A stretch of DNA of 62,961 bases, the filler included, from Stramenopiles sp. TOSAG23-3 (taxonomy: Eukaryota): assembly GCA_900128585.1 (NCBI GenBank). It is 7 parts of 7 records of this genome, joined end to end, with 100 filler letters (N's around TTAATTAATTAA, not from the genome) between each part and the next. Parts side by side here need not be neighbours in the genome. Positions count along the whole stretch, not along the records: positions 45,068 to 53,969 come from LT642970.1; positions 54,070 to 62,961 come from LT642971.1; 5 more parts are not named here. One strand, 5' to 3'. Positions 51,799 to 62,733 of this stretch are shown here, one piece after another. The notes under the pieces are model-generated. The model did not search any database and was not told where the DNA came from. It was given only the letters and a program-made list of their open reading frames with translations. A program made the translations under genes and the position numbers. Numbering within the stretch: the stretch's first letter is position 1; each line of letters opens with the position of its first letter.

Positions 51799-53304
51799 TT
51801 ACTCCCCATCAAACATGTCGTCCTCTTCTTCAAACGCTTCCTGTTCATCTTCGTCCGTCGAAACTTCGTCCCTTCGTTTCGGCATGAACTTGCTGTAGTC
51901 CCCCTTCTCGTAATCCCTCACTGGCATCCAACTCTCTTCGTTCACTTCGCACAGCTCCCTCCACCGCGCTTTGTCCAGAGTGACAACGCACGCTATGTCG
52001 GGCCTCGAGTTATCGGACGAGTTACCCGCCCTCTCGGTCCGAACACACGTTGGAATGCCGGCGATATTCTCCAGACCATGCGTAGCACGCTTTGAATTTT
52101 TGTTCTCACTGGTGGTGCCAATCGAAACCTCCATGTAGCCGTGCCTTTGTAGATTCGCAGATGTAAACAAGTTTTCCACCGTCTGCCCAAACCCCGTCTG
52201 TGGGTCTTTGCATACAATCAAGTTGAGCCAGTCACGGCCAGGTTCGACCCCCGCGTCTTTCATTCCCTGCATTTCTATGTCTGACTTTAACTCCGCAATT
52301 TTTTTCATTTCTTCTTGAATCTTGCTCGCAAAATTTTCAGTGTCGTGGTCGGAATGTTTCTTTTTCAAATTTTTTGTTTGTTTCACGTTTTCACGCTGAA
52401 AGACCTTTCGTTTCTTGCGTTGTCTCACCACGACCGGGCCGTCCGATTTTCCCAACTCCCCGAAGAAAAAGTGCATGTGAGGCGCACATCGCCAATAACA
52501 AGAGGCCGCCTTGCCCAGCTTTTTCCAGTCCAGTGCAATAGGGCTGTCGATATCCGCAACGTCCTCTGCGTCAATGACGGAAAATCCTCTTTTCAATCCG
52601 CGCGAAATCATGGTCGGGTCTAGCCCCTTGCTGCTTCCTGCTATCAATTCGGCTTGCCGGAGTACAGTCTTATTTACCGCTGTCAAGTTTCTGGAATCGC
52701 CTTTCTGCTCCCTCGTTTGGTTAATGTTGTGAAAATTCTCGCTCATCTTATTCATTATGGCGTAAATCCTCACCCCTTCTTTGGTCATTATCATCTCTGT
52801 GAAGAAACGGAAGAACTGTACGAAACGCGAAGTAGGGTCACTGTCGCCATCCCTCACGAGAGCAGCAGCCTGTCGCTTTGCCGCGGTAATCAGTTTTCCC
52901 AGGTCTTCGACCGTTCGACCGTCCCCAACTTTTTGTAGCATATCGGAAAGGTCTGCGTTCGTAAAGGGTTTCGACCACCTGCCGTCGGCCTGAAATATTT
53001 TTTCGTAAGAATTTTTCGTGTCCGTTTTCCCCGTAATAACGTTTACGACTCTGCCGAACAGCCAGGCATCAACCTTTGCCGCCTTCTCTATTTCTCTGTC
53101 AGCCTGCTGGAGCATCTGCGGCTGCTCTTCCCTAATCCGGCTGTCGATTTCGCGGTTTTGAGCGCGAACCTGCGCCCTTTCGTCCTGCGTCTGACCCTTG
53201 AAATAGCGTTCATATTTTGTTGACCTTCCCGCGTGGAAGGTTTTGCCCTTCTTCCCTTTTCTTTTGGGCTTGCTGCTCGCAGAAGAGGAAGAACTCCCAC
53301 TCAT
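51799..53304 (-). CDS. NSE4: SMC5/6 kleisin NSE4/EID3
   Basis: ATG at 53304; TRE...DS, LDW.KLG, P...F..G.L and C-terminal FGQTVENLF....L...G motifs. Confidence 0.8.
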   Translation of the reverse strand: MSGSSSSSASSKPKRKGKKGKTFHAGRSTKYERYFKGQTQDERAQVRAQNREIDSRIREEQPQMLQQADREIEKAAKVDAWLFGRVVNVITGKTDTKNSYEKIFQADGRWSKPFTNADLSDMLQKVGDGRTVEDLGKLITAAKRQAAALVRDGDSDPTSRFVQFFRFFTEMIMTKEGVRIYAIMNKMSENFHNINQTREQKGDSRNLTAVNKTVLRQAELIAGSSKGLDPTMISRGLKRGFSVIDAEDVADIDSPIALDWKKLGKAASCYWRCAPHMHFFFGELGKSDGPVVVRQRKKRKVFQRENVKQTKNLKKKHSDHDTENFASKIQEEMKKIAELKSDIEMQGMKDAGVEPGRDWLNLIVCKDPQTGFGQTVENLFTSANLQRHGYMEVSIGTTSENKNSKRATHGLENIAGIPTCVRTERAGNSSDNSRPDIACVVTLDKARWRELCEVNEESWMPVRDYEKGDYSKFMPKRRDEVSTDEDEQEAFEEEDDMFDGE

Positions 53305-53969
53305 TGCTGTTGCCTTCCAATAAAAGTCTCGCTGATGCCCGCCAAAATGTAAACAATCAACACCTTTTCTACCCCTCTTACTAAACACTGCCAGTCCAAG
53401 TAGAAATTTAAAAAACGTTGGGCCGTTAATATACGTACAAGAATACTTCTGATCTGTTTCAAAATGTAATTCAAACCATTTCATTCGACCTTGTTTCACA
53501 CTAAGGTGTATAATAATTTTAACTTTTGAATTTAAATTCAGAAAAAAGGGCGCGGCTATTCCTATTTTTATTCCTCCCGCCGTCCGTCCTCTTCTCAGTC
53601 AAAACAAATTTTAAAATATAAAAAAATAAAAAAATAATCATAATCATCCTCCTTTTTTCTTTGTCTTCTTTAATTGATTCATAAAATATAAATAGGTATA
53701 TATTTGTATTTGTACTTATAATTAGTATTTTAATTACATTCTAAGAAATAATATTATACTTTTAGAATACTAAAAATAGTAGTAAAACTACTGAAAGGTC
53801 TGTATATACGAGGCGCGTATTAACAACCATACAGCAGGTAATATATATTTTTATAATTTAAAATGAAATCCTTTGTTGAAAAATATTTCTTTAAATAATT
53901 ATTCCAGAGAGAATACAATGGAATACCATCGAAATTCTTACCAGAATTATGTAATACCTGTACCCGTAT

Positions 53970-54069
53970 NNNNNNNNNNNNNNNNNNNNNNNNNNNNNNN
54001 NNNNNNNNNNNNNTTAATTAATTAANNNNNNNNNNNNNNNNNNNNNNNNNNNNNNNNNNNNNNNNNNNN
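53970..54069. other. Artificial contig linker
   Basis: N44-TTAATTAATTAA-N44. Confidence 0.98.
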
Positions 54070-54776
54070 TCTTCTAGAGTATTTATTTATTAGCTATGCT
54101 ATGAGCTTGGTGAGTCAACACATTTGAAGTAAAAATTAAATAATTTTATTCTTTTTTTTACTAAAAAAAAGAAAAATAAGAAGAAGAATAAAATATGACC
54201 AAGTTGGAAGATTGTATTTATATTTATATTTACCTATGATAAGACTAATAAGGGAGATGGAGACTTCTATCTTCTTTTTTTTGTTTTTTCTTCTTCTCTT
54301 CTTCTTCGAATGAATATTATTATAATTAATTATTGGAATAGTGTTGTTTTGTTGTTATGTTAATAATACAGTAATAAATATTTTAATATAAAAAACTTCT
54401 TACCTTGCTTGGTACTTCTTCTTCTTTTTTTTTATCGTTTGTTGTTCTTCTTCTCTTCTTCTTCCTTCTTTTATATCTTTATTATTTATCTTCTTCTACT
54501 ACTACTATCAATAATTATTTTTTTTTATTTAATAATATTTATTATTTTTGTTGTGTTGGCTTAATTTTTCTCCTTTTTTTTCTTTTCTTCTTTATTATCT
54601 AAAAGTTACCGAGAGGAGTACTTCCACCGTTTTAGTTTATGGAAAGATGTCTGACTTCCTTGTCAAATAAATTGTGTCTATTTAATTGGTATCGGATTTT
54701 GACTAAATACATACCCAATTTGATTGATTTTGCGCGTTGCGTTTGGTGTAGTTTGTTGTATAGCCGTTCTCTAACA

Positions 54777-57337
54777 ATGAAACGGACTCCGCCGTCCCCG
54801 GCAAAGGGCCCTCAAATGGCCAGTCCAAATTATGCCCCGTTGAAAAGGCATGACAATAGGATATCGCCTGCGACCGCTACTAGGACTGGTAGGGGGGGGC
54901 GTTCGTGCGCCATAGAATCGCACTTGGCCTACCGTGGTGCCGCGTCCACGTCGCGGGCGAACTCGACGAAGCCGCCGAAGACCAACTCGGCCCAAAAGGC
55001 GTTCCTGTCGGCACTTGGGGGTGGGGGCGTTCGAGGCGCTCGCCGCAACAACCAACGCGGGAGCAAGACCACCACCAGCGCGACGGGAAAGCCGAGGGCC
55101 GGACGGACGTCCATGGATCCGCCGGCAGTACCAGCGCAACGCCGGCGGGTTCTCATACAATCCCGCTCGGGGGCAAGGGAGGGGCCAATCAAGAGCACGT
55201 TCAACCCGAACGGAACCCCACCGTTGGTGCCGAAGGCCGCCGACGCCGTGAGGGCGGAAAAAGTAGAGGAGCTGGGAAGCAACTTTCTGGAAGGCTCGTC
55301 GTCCCCCATCAATAGTGCGGTATCGGGCAGGTACGAGGATACAACTGGAAATGACGCGGACATGGACGCGGACGATTTTGACTTGGTCGCCGGGACGGAC
55401 TTGGGTAGTGGTATTAGTGATGACGATTTTTTCTCTGAATTCCTGTCCAGCGACGACGGGGGCTCCAACAACGGTGGTGCGCGCACGGCTGCCGAATCCG
55501 TGCCAGCGGAGCGGGCCAACCCCGAGACCAGCAGGAAGGCGGCCGGCGCCAGCAAGCCCTTGGGGGCGAAGAACTGGTCCAAGGCGGACGATGCCCGGCT
55601 CGTAGCGGCCGTGAAAAAGTTTGGCAATAAGGATTGGACCAAGATCGCGGCGCACCTCGGGACCGAGCACGACCCGGTCAAGCTTCTTAACCGGTGGAAC
55701 AAAGTGGTGAAGCCGAGCCTGGTGAAAGGGCCCTGGACGGCGGAGGAGGACAGGCGGCTGGAAAATCTCGTCATGGAGATGGGGGTAGAGAAGGTCAAAT
55801 GGTCCGTCCTAGCGAACAAGCTGGACGGGCGTCAGGGGAAGCAGTGCCGCGAGCGCTGGTTCAACCATTTGGACCCGTCGATTAAGAAGGGGAGTTGGAC
55901 GGAGGAGGAGGACCGGCAAGTCTTCGAAGCGGAAAAGCGACTCGGGCACAAATGGAGCGAGATAGCAAAACTGCTTCCAGGACGGACCGAGAACGCGGTA
56001 AAGAATAGATGGAACTCGTCGGCACGGCAGAAGTGGTACGAGGAAAAGTACGGGTGGGACCCCAACCTGAGCAAGTCGGGAAAGGGCGCGCGGCAAACCT
56101 CGCGGCCGTCCGGGAAGCATGCGAGCTCGAAAAGTTCGGGAAGCCGTACGTCGCCCCCCCCCCCATAGCCCCGGCCCAACCAAAGCTCCACCCGAAGATT
56201 GCACGGATGCCCCCTGGCGGGGTGAACAACCAGATGGCGTTTCAAAACATGATGATGATGCACATGCACATGCAGCAAATGATGCAGCAAAACATGGGGC
56301 AGAACGGCGGGGGCGGGCAAGGCCCGAACCGGACCGCCACCGGCCCACCAGGGAACAACATGATGAACCCGAACATGATGAACCCGATGATGATGATGAT
56401 GATGATGCAGCAGCAGCAACAACAAATGCAGCAGATGGCGCAGCAGCGGCAAGCGAACTTCTCCCCCGACGGCAGCCAGAAAGCCCAAGTGCCGATACGC
56501 CCAATGTTTCCCCCGTTTGTCCCTATGAGCTACGGCGGAGTCCCCACCGGGAATGCAAAGGGCAAGGCGGGGGCCGCTTCCATCAAGTCGAAGGGCGGGA
56601 GCAAGAAGGGCACTGGAAAATCGAGCGCGGCCTCGGACAAAAAGGCTTCGTCCGGGGGAAAAGCGACAAAGGGCGGGCGAAAGGGTGCCCGGGGAACCAG
56701 GGGGGCGAAAAGTGGCAGGGGCCGTGGGCGGAAAAAGGCGGGCCCAAAGTTAAACATGGCATACGGCGGGGGGAGGGTGCCTAGCCCGATTACAAGCCCG
56801 ACGAAGGCTTCCTGGGAAGATGCGCTGATGAATTCCAGCATTATTTCACCGACGGGCGTGATGCCTGGCACAAAGCAATCCCAAGACTCCATTTACGGGA
56901 CGGAGCAGGACGAGGTCAACCTGCTAGACATTGAAGGAATGGACGAGTTCGGAATGGACGAGTTCGGGATGGGGGCCTTAGACGCGGACACGAACAGCTT
57001 TCCCCCAATGGAAGATGATTTTCTGAAGATGAGGATTGAGCAGCCTGGGTCGCCTGGGGGATCCGTCCCGCACGATGACTTTGGGGTCGGGCTGTTCCAA
57101 GAGTTAGAAGGGATCGACATGGACGCGCTGGACGTGGAGCAGGTGCCGAAGCGTCGCCCAGGAAACAGTTTGAAAAAACCAAACCTTAGCATCAAGGCAA
57201 TGGGAAGGAGTAAAAACGGGGGAAAGGGTGCCAAGAAGAACATTTTCGATGTCCCTGATGAGGTGTCGCCGTGGACAGCGTCGTCCAAGTGGGCCACCAG
57301 CAGCAACGACGACGCGTCGAGCGTGGAAAGAGTATGA
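54777..57337 (+). CDS. 3R-MYB transcription factor, split by a frameshift at the C11 run 56154-56164
   Basis: Three MYB repeats (WSKADD..., [43 protein letters not shown]). The Met/Gln-rich and acidic C-terminus continues in the -1 frame to 57337. Confidence 0.85.
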
Positions 57338-57668
57338 TCTTGCGCAGCTGTACGTGTGTATATTTTGACGTGTTGCGACGTGGGCGATTATCGTCGACGC
57401 ACGGTGTAGCTGGCCGCAACGAAGAGCGTAACCACTGCGCGCCACTCGCAGAGATGGACAACCCATTAATGCAAGAGTACGAAGTAAGCGGTGACATACC
57501 TTTTGTTGACACGATAAATTTATTCTTAGAAGGTAACAGAGTTTTGTAAGAATTACTGACTGAATATTGTTTTTTTTAACGGTAACGTTTACTACCGATA
57601 TACCAATTATATAATGCATTTTGGTTTCTTGTTAATTTGCAAAGTCACATGACTGGTGGCTGCCCCGT

Positions 57669-58937
57669 TCAAAGAAACAGCGTGTCTAGCCCGGCCACTT
57701 CGGTGGGGTAAATCCGCTTGACGGCGAAACCGCGCTTTTTCCTCTTTTTCCGACTTTTCACGTTGCTAAGCAGCTTTCGGATTTGGAATGACCCAGAGCG
57801 TTCAGGAAGCTCGTGGTGGGCGACGGGCTGGCGTTTCCACACTGGCAATTTGTCTTGTGCCCCGTGGTGGCCATGCGTGCTCATCGCAGAGCCCGTGACC
57901 GAGGAAACGGTGTTGGACACTATCATGCCAGGAGACCCTTGCCCATAAAGGTTACCTTGCGCCGTCTGCGCCCGCACCATCCTGTTGTCCCCCAGTCCCG
58001 AATCGTTTGTACCATCGCGCAACCCGCCCATGGACTTTGCACCTTGCCTGCCTCGCTGGGCAACCATCCGGTGATGCTGGGGGCCCGAAGGCGCGGACGA
58101 GGGCGGCATCATGGTCGACCCTCCGGGCTTCAACGATTCGGCATTGGCCGTTCCGCCCAACGACGGGGACGACGCAGAGGCAAGCATTCTGCTTCTCCGC
58201 AACTTCCTCAACCGCGTCTTTGCAAATGGGGTCCCAAGGCGCTCTTCTAGTGCGTTTCTTTGCTCCGCTTTCATAGTGAGCTCCCCGCGTTTCAAGGACT
58301 TCTTGTACCGCCGTCTGGCGGCTTCAACCCGCTCGTGCTCGTCGTCCGCCTCAAACCTTTCCAGAATCTTCGATGCTGCACGCATGTCCGCAGCTCGCAT
58401 GCTCTCCAGGGTCGCAGGGTGTATTTGCGGCTTTGTCCTTGCGAGGCGGGGCGCCCCTGCCCGGCTTTGTATCGCCCTACCTATGGGTATGGGCTGGGTC
58501 ACCTTTAATTCCACCCCCGGGTCCATGACGTACAGGAGCGGTTGTGAGCAGTACTGTTGAAGCGCAAGCCTTTCCTTCTGTCTCGTCGCGAGCCGTTCTC
58601 GCGACTCCATCCGTCGGTACACCGACCGTGCCATTCTTAAGTTCCTATCGCGGCGCTTGTCCGCTTCTAGCTGACGCATATGACGCTCGTATCCCCGCTT
58701 TGCGAGTTCTATTGCCTTCATCTTTTTGCTTGACTTCTTGCGACCCTTCTTGCCTTTCTTCATCTTGGTGACAGAGTGCACCGCCCCGTCGTTGTTGAAC
58801 GGGTCCCATCCGGTGCTCTTAAAGCCCTTCGCGAGGGAGGGCTGCCGTCCTAGTGAGTCCATTCCTAATTCCATCATCGTGGAATCCCCAAGTACGCTTT
58901 GCGCCAGCGAATCTTGACTGTATTGGCTGGTGTTCAT
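57669..58937 (-). CDS. Hypothetical basic coiled-coil protein
   Basis: 422-aa ORF from ATG in a GC-rich island; no family recognised. Confidence 0.7.
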   Translation of the reverse strand: MNTSQYSQDSLAQSVLGDSTMMELGMDSLGRQPSLAKGFKSTGWDPFNNDGAVHSVTKMKKGKKGRKKSSKKMKAIELAKRGYERHMRQLEADKRRDRNLRMARSVYRRMESRERLATRQKERLALQQYCSQPLLYVMDPGVELKVTQPIPIGRAIQSRAGAPRLARTKPQIHPATLESMRAADMRAASKILERFEADDEHERVEAARRRYKKSLKRGELTMKAEQRNALEERLGTPFAKTRLRKLRRSRMLASASSPSLGGTANAESLKPGGSTMMPPSSAPSGPQHHRMVAQRGRQGAKSMGGLRDGTNDSGLGDNRMVRAQTAQGNLYGQGSPGMIVSNTVSSVTGSAMSTHGHHGAQDKLPVWKRQPVAHHELPERSGSFQIRKLLSNVKSRKKRKKRGFAVKRIYPTEVAGLDTLFL

Positions 58938-60869
58938 ATTGAAGACCTGCTGTTCTGTTTACTAAACGAGGAAGCCAATGCAACAGAGGAAGGGTCGCTA
59001 TATATATATACTTAACTTGAGGTCTCCCACACACTGGACGGTTGGTATTCGTGTCTGAGAATATGAAACTATCTCATGCACAAACAAACGAGGTTGCAAC
59101 AATCTTATAAATCAACACTGGTAGTGCGGATTTCTCTCTTGTTCATCCCCTCGCAATTTCGTTGAATTGGTCACTTACTCTGTAACGGAATCTTTGTCGT
59201 TAATGTAACATTTTGGACTTCAACCAATTATTGAGCTTTTTTGCGCAATAAAATCATCACCACATCATCATCACATCATCATTCATCACATTAAAAAAAT
59301 ACTACTTCTTCTTCTTCGTTTTTTTTTCCACACTCCTCTTTTACTTTACACTGTGTAGGTGTTGTATAATATTAATGAAGAAGAACTATATTAATTGAAC
59401 CCGTCGTCGTGTGTTGTTTTTGTTGTTTTTTTTTATTATTAATGGTTTTTTTTTGCTTATTAGTTGTTCGTATTATTCGTATTTATTTTATTATATTTAT
59501 TAGATTATTATATCTCTATAACTATAACTATATATACACAGCACCATCACATGAGGTTGGTTATATTAAAATAATATATAAGGTAAATAATAAGGTATAA
59601 ATAAATTTAAAAGAAAAGAATCCATCCATCGACCAATGCTGTGTTTATATTGTATTGCAAAGTAGTAAATAAATAACAGCAAAAAAATGGAATAGAAGGA
59701 ATGGACTACCAAAATTCAATAGTACTTCTCGGTATAATTAAAAATAAATACTTCTTTTCTTTCTTTCTTCTTTTCTTCAATTAATCATTTAATTAAGAAG
59801 ATACTATACGAATAGCAGGAGGAAAGAAAAGCCGTAACGGAAGATTTCATCTTCTTTTAAATTAAGGAGTATAAATATACAACAAAGGATTTAACATGTT
59901 CTTAATAATTGTATTTCATTATAATTATAATACAATAATTATTCCATTCTTCAGCATTACAAACTTATCCTTATAATCTCAACCCTGCGATTAGGATCAG
60001 GGTGGAAAAGAACCATTAATTAGTATACACTAAAATATACTTTATATAGTCCTTATGTTTCCTATCCGATGGACCATTTTTTTAAACGACTCTTTTTTTC
60101 GATTCAATAACCCTATATATTAACACTATATTATAACATTTCATGATAGGTATTTGACTATCATTAAGTACGCTTACATTGTAGAGGTAAAAAACTTGCA
60201 CCATCAATACCTATACTGTATTAATATAGGCCAGTAATTAATCTCTCTATCAATATAAATAAATATAACTATGTACATTTGTATTTGTTAATATTGTTCT
60301 CACCACCAGTCATTTCGAGGGAATGAAATAATCGATAACATTGAAATAGAATGGAAAAGCAAGGGTTCAATAGGTAAATAGCAGAAAAGGCGTGGCGTAG
60401 AGGATGGTGAAATATGGATTAAATCAATTGATTTAATGCTACTTGTATGTACATGTAAATGGCTGTATTTGTATTATATAGAATTACAATAGGATTTTGA
60501 ACTAAAGAATAGAAAATAATAGAATTATAGGTTGCTACTTTAATTAAGGTAACTAATAACGTATAGTTTAAATTACAATATGTATTGATTCATTAACAAA
60601 CTAGCATTCATCAATAACATAATATCCAATTACAATTTGAAGTCCTTAATATACAAAGTTAGGAAAATCGACGAAGGAGAAGAGGAAGAAAAAAATAGAA
60701 TCATGACTTCTTTCCGATTCCTACTCGATTGATTCTTCTCTTCGTCGTTAGCTCGTTCCATTGTGCCTGCGCCGAACGAAAAAAAAGTTAATATCGTTAG
60801 TTCCTGCGAAAGATTCTTCACAAATTAATATTTAATTGTTCAATTTATCAGAAAAAATCAAAACAAAAC

Positions 60870-61211
60870 ATGACTGTCAAACGCCGCAACCACGGACGCA
60901 ACCGTCCATCAGGAGCCAGGGGCCACGTCAAGTTCGTACGCTGCGACTCTACCTCCAAAGCCATCTCCAAGGACAAAGCCGTCAAACGTTTCATGGTTCG
61001 TAGCATTGTTGATGCATCTTCTATGCGTGATATTTTAGAGGCAAGTGCCATCGAAGGATACCAGCTACCAAAACTTTACGTAAAAATGCACTACTGCATT
61101 GAAGCCGCTATCCACCAGCGTATTGTTCGTGGACGCAGTGCCGCTGACCGTCGTATCCGTGCCCCCCCTCAACGATTTCGCAGAAAGGAGGACAAGAAAG
61201 ACAGGAAGTAA
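60870..61211 (+). CDS. RPS26: 40S ribosomal protein S26 (eS26); probably has a short last exon at 61581-61614
   Basis: KRRNHGR, GHVK.VRC, KDKAVKRF and LPKLY.K..YC..AIH..IVR.RS motifs; the apparent stop lies within GTAAGC. Confidence 0.97.
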   Translation: MTVKRRNHGRNRPSGARGHVKFVRCDSTSKAISKDKAVKRFMVRSIVDASSMRDILEASAIEGYQLPKLYVKMHYCIEAAIHQRIVRGRSAADRRIRAPPQRFRRKEDKKDRK

Positions 61212-61252
61212 GCGATTCGATGAATATTGAGCCTTTAGTAGTATTATGCAAC

Positions 61253-61470
61253 GTGTCTATGGGAATTGAAGTTTAGTAACCCTGGGGGCTTCCGATGTCT
61301 TTCTCGTGAGGGATGGCCTCGTCCGTTTGCAACCGTGGCGGTCACGCTGCTTTTCTGTTCGTTTGTCGGCGCCCGCAACTGGGTTGCCGTCAAGCGGAAT
61401 GCAACGAACGGGCCGGGCACAACTCTTTGCGTTGTGCTCGGGACTGGTAGTCAATGGGTGGGATACAGTT
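61253..61470 (+). ncRNA. Unidentified structured RNA (H/ACA-like 3' end) in the putative RPS26 intron
   Basis: GC-rich island; 5' and 3' ends pair (GUGUCU/GGAUAC, AUUGA/UCAAU, UUAGU/ACUGG, CCC/GGG); internal hairpins; ends ACA-GUU. Confidence 0.55.
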
Positions 61471-61860
61471 TGAAATAAATTAATGAAACGTAGATACAGC
61501 TAATAATCCATTTTTAATCAAAACGTCTGTGCATCGAAACACATCTACACCTTCGTGTGAAACCTTTCGTCCGTCAACAGTCAATCCAACAACAGGACAC
61601 AGCCTAAAATGTAGTGTTTTGATACGGTATATTTGTAATATATGGTTTTATTTGTGTATATAGCATGGTACTTGTATATATTTTATCATGCTATGAATGA
61701 ATTTTGTTGTGAAATCAATTTTTTATATATAATAATTATTATTATAATAATTATTTTATTTTTTATTTTCAATGTGATAGATATACAAAAAGGTATAGTA
61801 CTGGCACGACAACAAGGAAATTCAGACAACGCTCTTTTGTTGTATTACCCAACCGACTGA

Positions 61861-62733
61861 TTAAAGTTTACAAGGCGGGTTGAGACTTTTCTCTTCCCAT
61901 GGGAAACGCCGTGGAAACATTGCATTGTGCGCCATTACGCCTCCGTCTACGGGAATGATGGAACCATTCATAAAGGAATTTGTTGGAAGGACAAAGCTCA
62001 CCGTCGCATGGGCGACTTCTATCGCGTGGCCATATCTACGCAACGAGATCATTCGTTTTGCAAACAAAGCTTTCGAACGCTCTTCAATGCTGGCTGTCAT
62101 CCCCGTACGTATTGGGCCAGGGCATACGGCGTTCACTGTAATTCCCTGAGAACCTAGTTCTAGCGCAAGGGCTTTCGTCAACCCTACACTTGCGTGCTTT
62201 GCCGCTACGTACGGTGAGTTGAACAGCGTGGCGCCCAGGCCCTCCGTCGATGCTATGTTTATAACTCTTCCGCATCCATTACGCTTCAGGGAATCCCGGA
62301 ACCCCCGGATCAGCCGCACTTGGGCCGTGACATTAACGGCAAAATTCAGTTCCCATGCTTTCTCAAAATCTTCGGCGCTGTCACTTACGGAACTAAAACC
62401 CATCACGCCGGCGTTATTAATCAGAATATCGACGTTACCCAATTTTCCCAAAACGTCGCGGACGAGGCGGTCGATGTTTGCTCGTCTCGCAAGATCGCAC
62501 ACGAACGTATGCGCACTAAAACCGCGTCCTATGATCATAGCACGTGTATCGTCTAGGCCAACACTATTTAAATCTACCAATGCAACAGTGCATCCGCAAG
62601 CTGCAAGAAGGCATGCCGTGGCTCTTCCCATGCCACTCCCAGCGCCAGTGACCACGGCAGTTTTCCCTTCAAACGCATGCTTTGCATAGGGCGTACGAAA
62701 ATAATAATCTTCTTCCTCTTTTGTCATTTCCAT
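61861..62733 (-). CDS. Short-chain dehydrogenase/reductase (FabG-like) with PTS1 (-CKL)
   Basis: TGAGSGMG, NNAG, S...YVAAK and VNAVCPG motifs; C-terminal CKL. Confidence 0.92.
   Translation of the reverse strand: MEMTKEEEDYYFRTPYAKHAFEGKTAVVTGAGSGMGRATACLLAACGCTVALVDLNSVGLDDTRAMIIGRGFSAHTFVCDLARRANIDRLVRDVLGKLGNVDILINNAGVMGFSSVSDSAEDFEKAWELNFAVNVTAQVRLIRGFRDSLKRNGCGRVINIASTEGLGATLFNSPYVAAKHASVGLTKALALELGSQGITVNAVCPGPIRTGMTASIEERSKALFAKRMISLRRYGHAIEVAHATVSFVLPTNSFMNGSIIPVDGGVMAHNAMFPRRFPWEEKSLNPPCKL

Noticed and set aside
57332-57549. MYB terminal intron GTATGA..TAG (57332-57409) and a downstream small ORF
   Set aside because: The acceptor lacks a pyrimidine tract and the added peptide is uninformative, so it is too weak to call separately.
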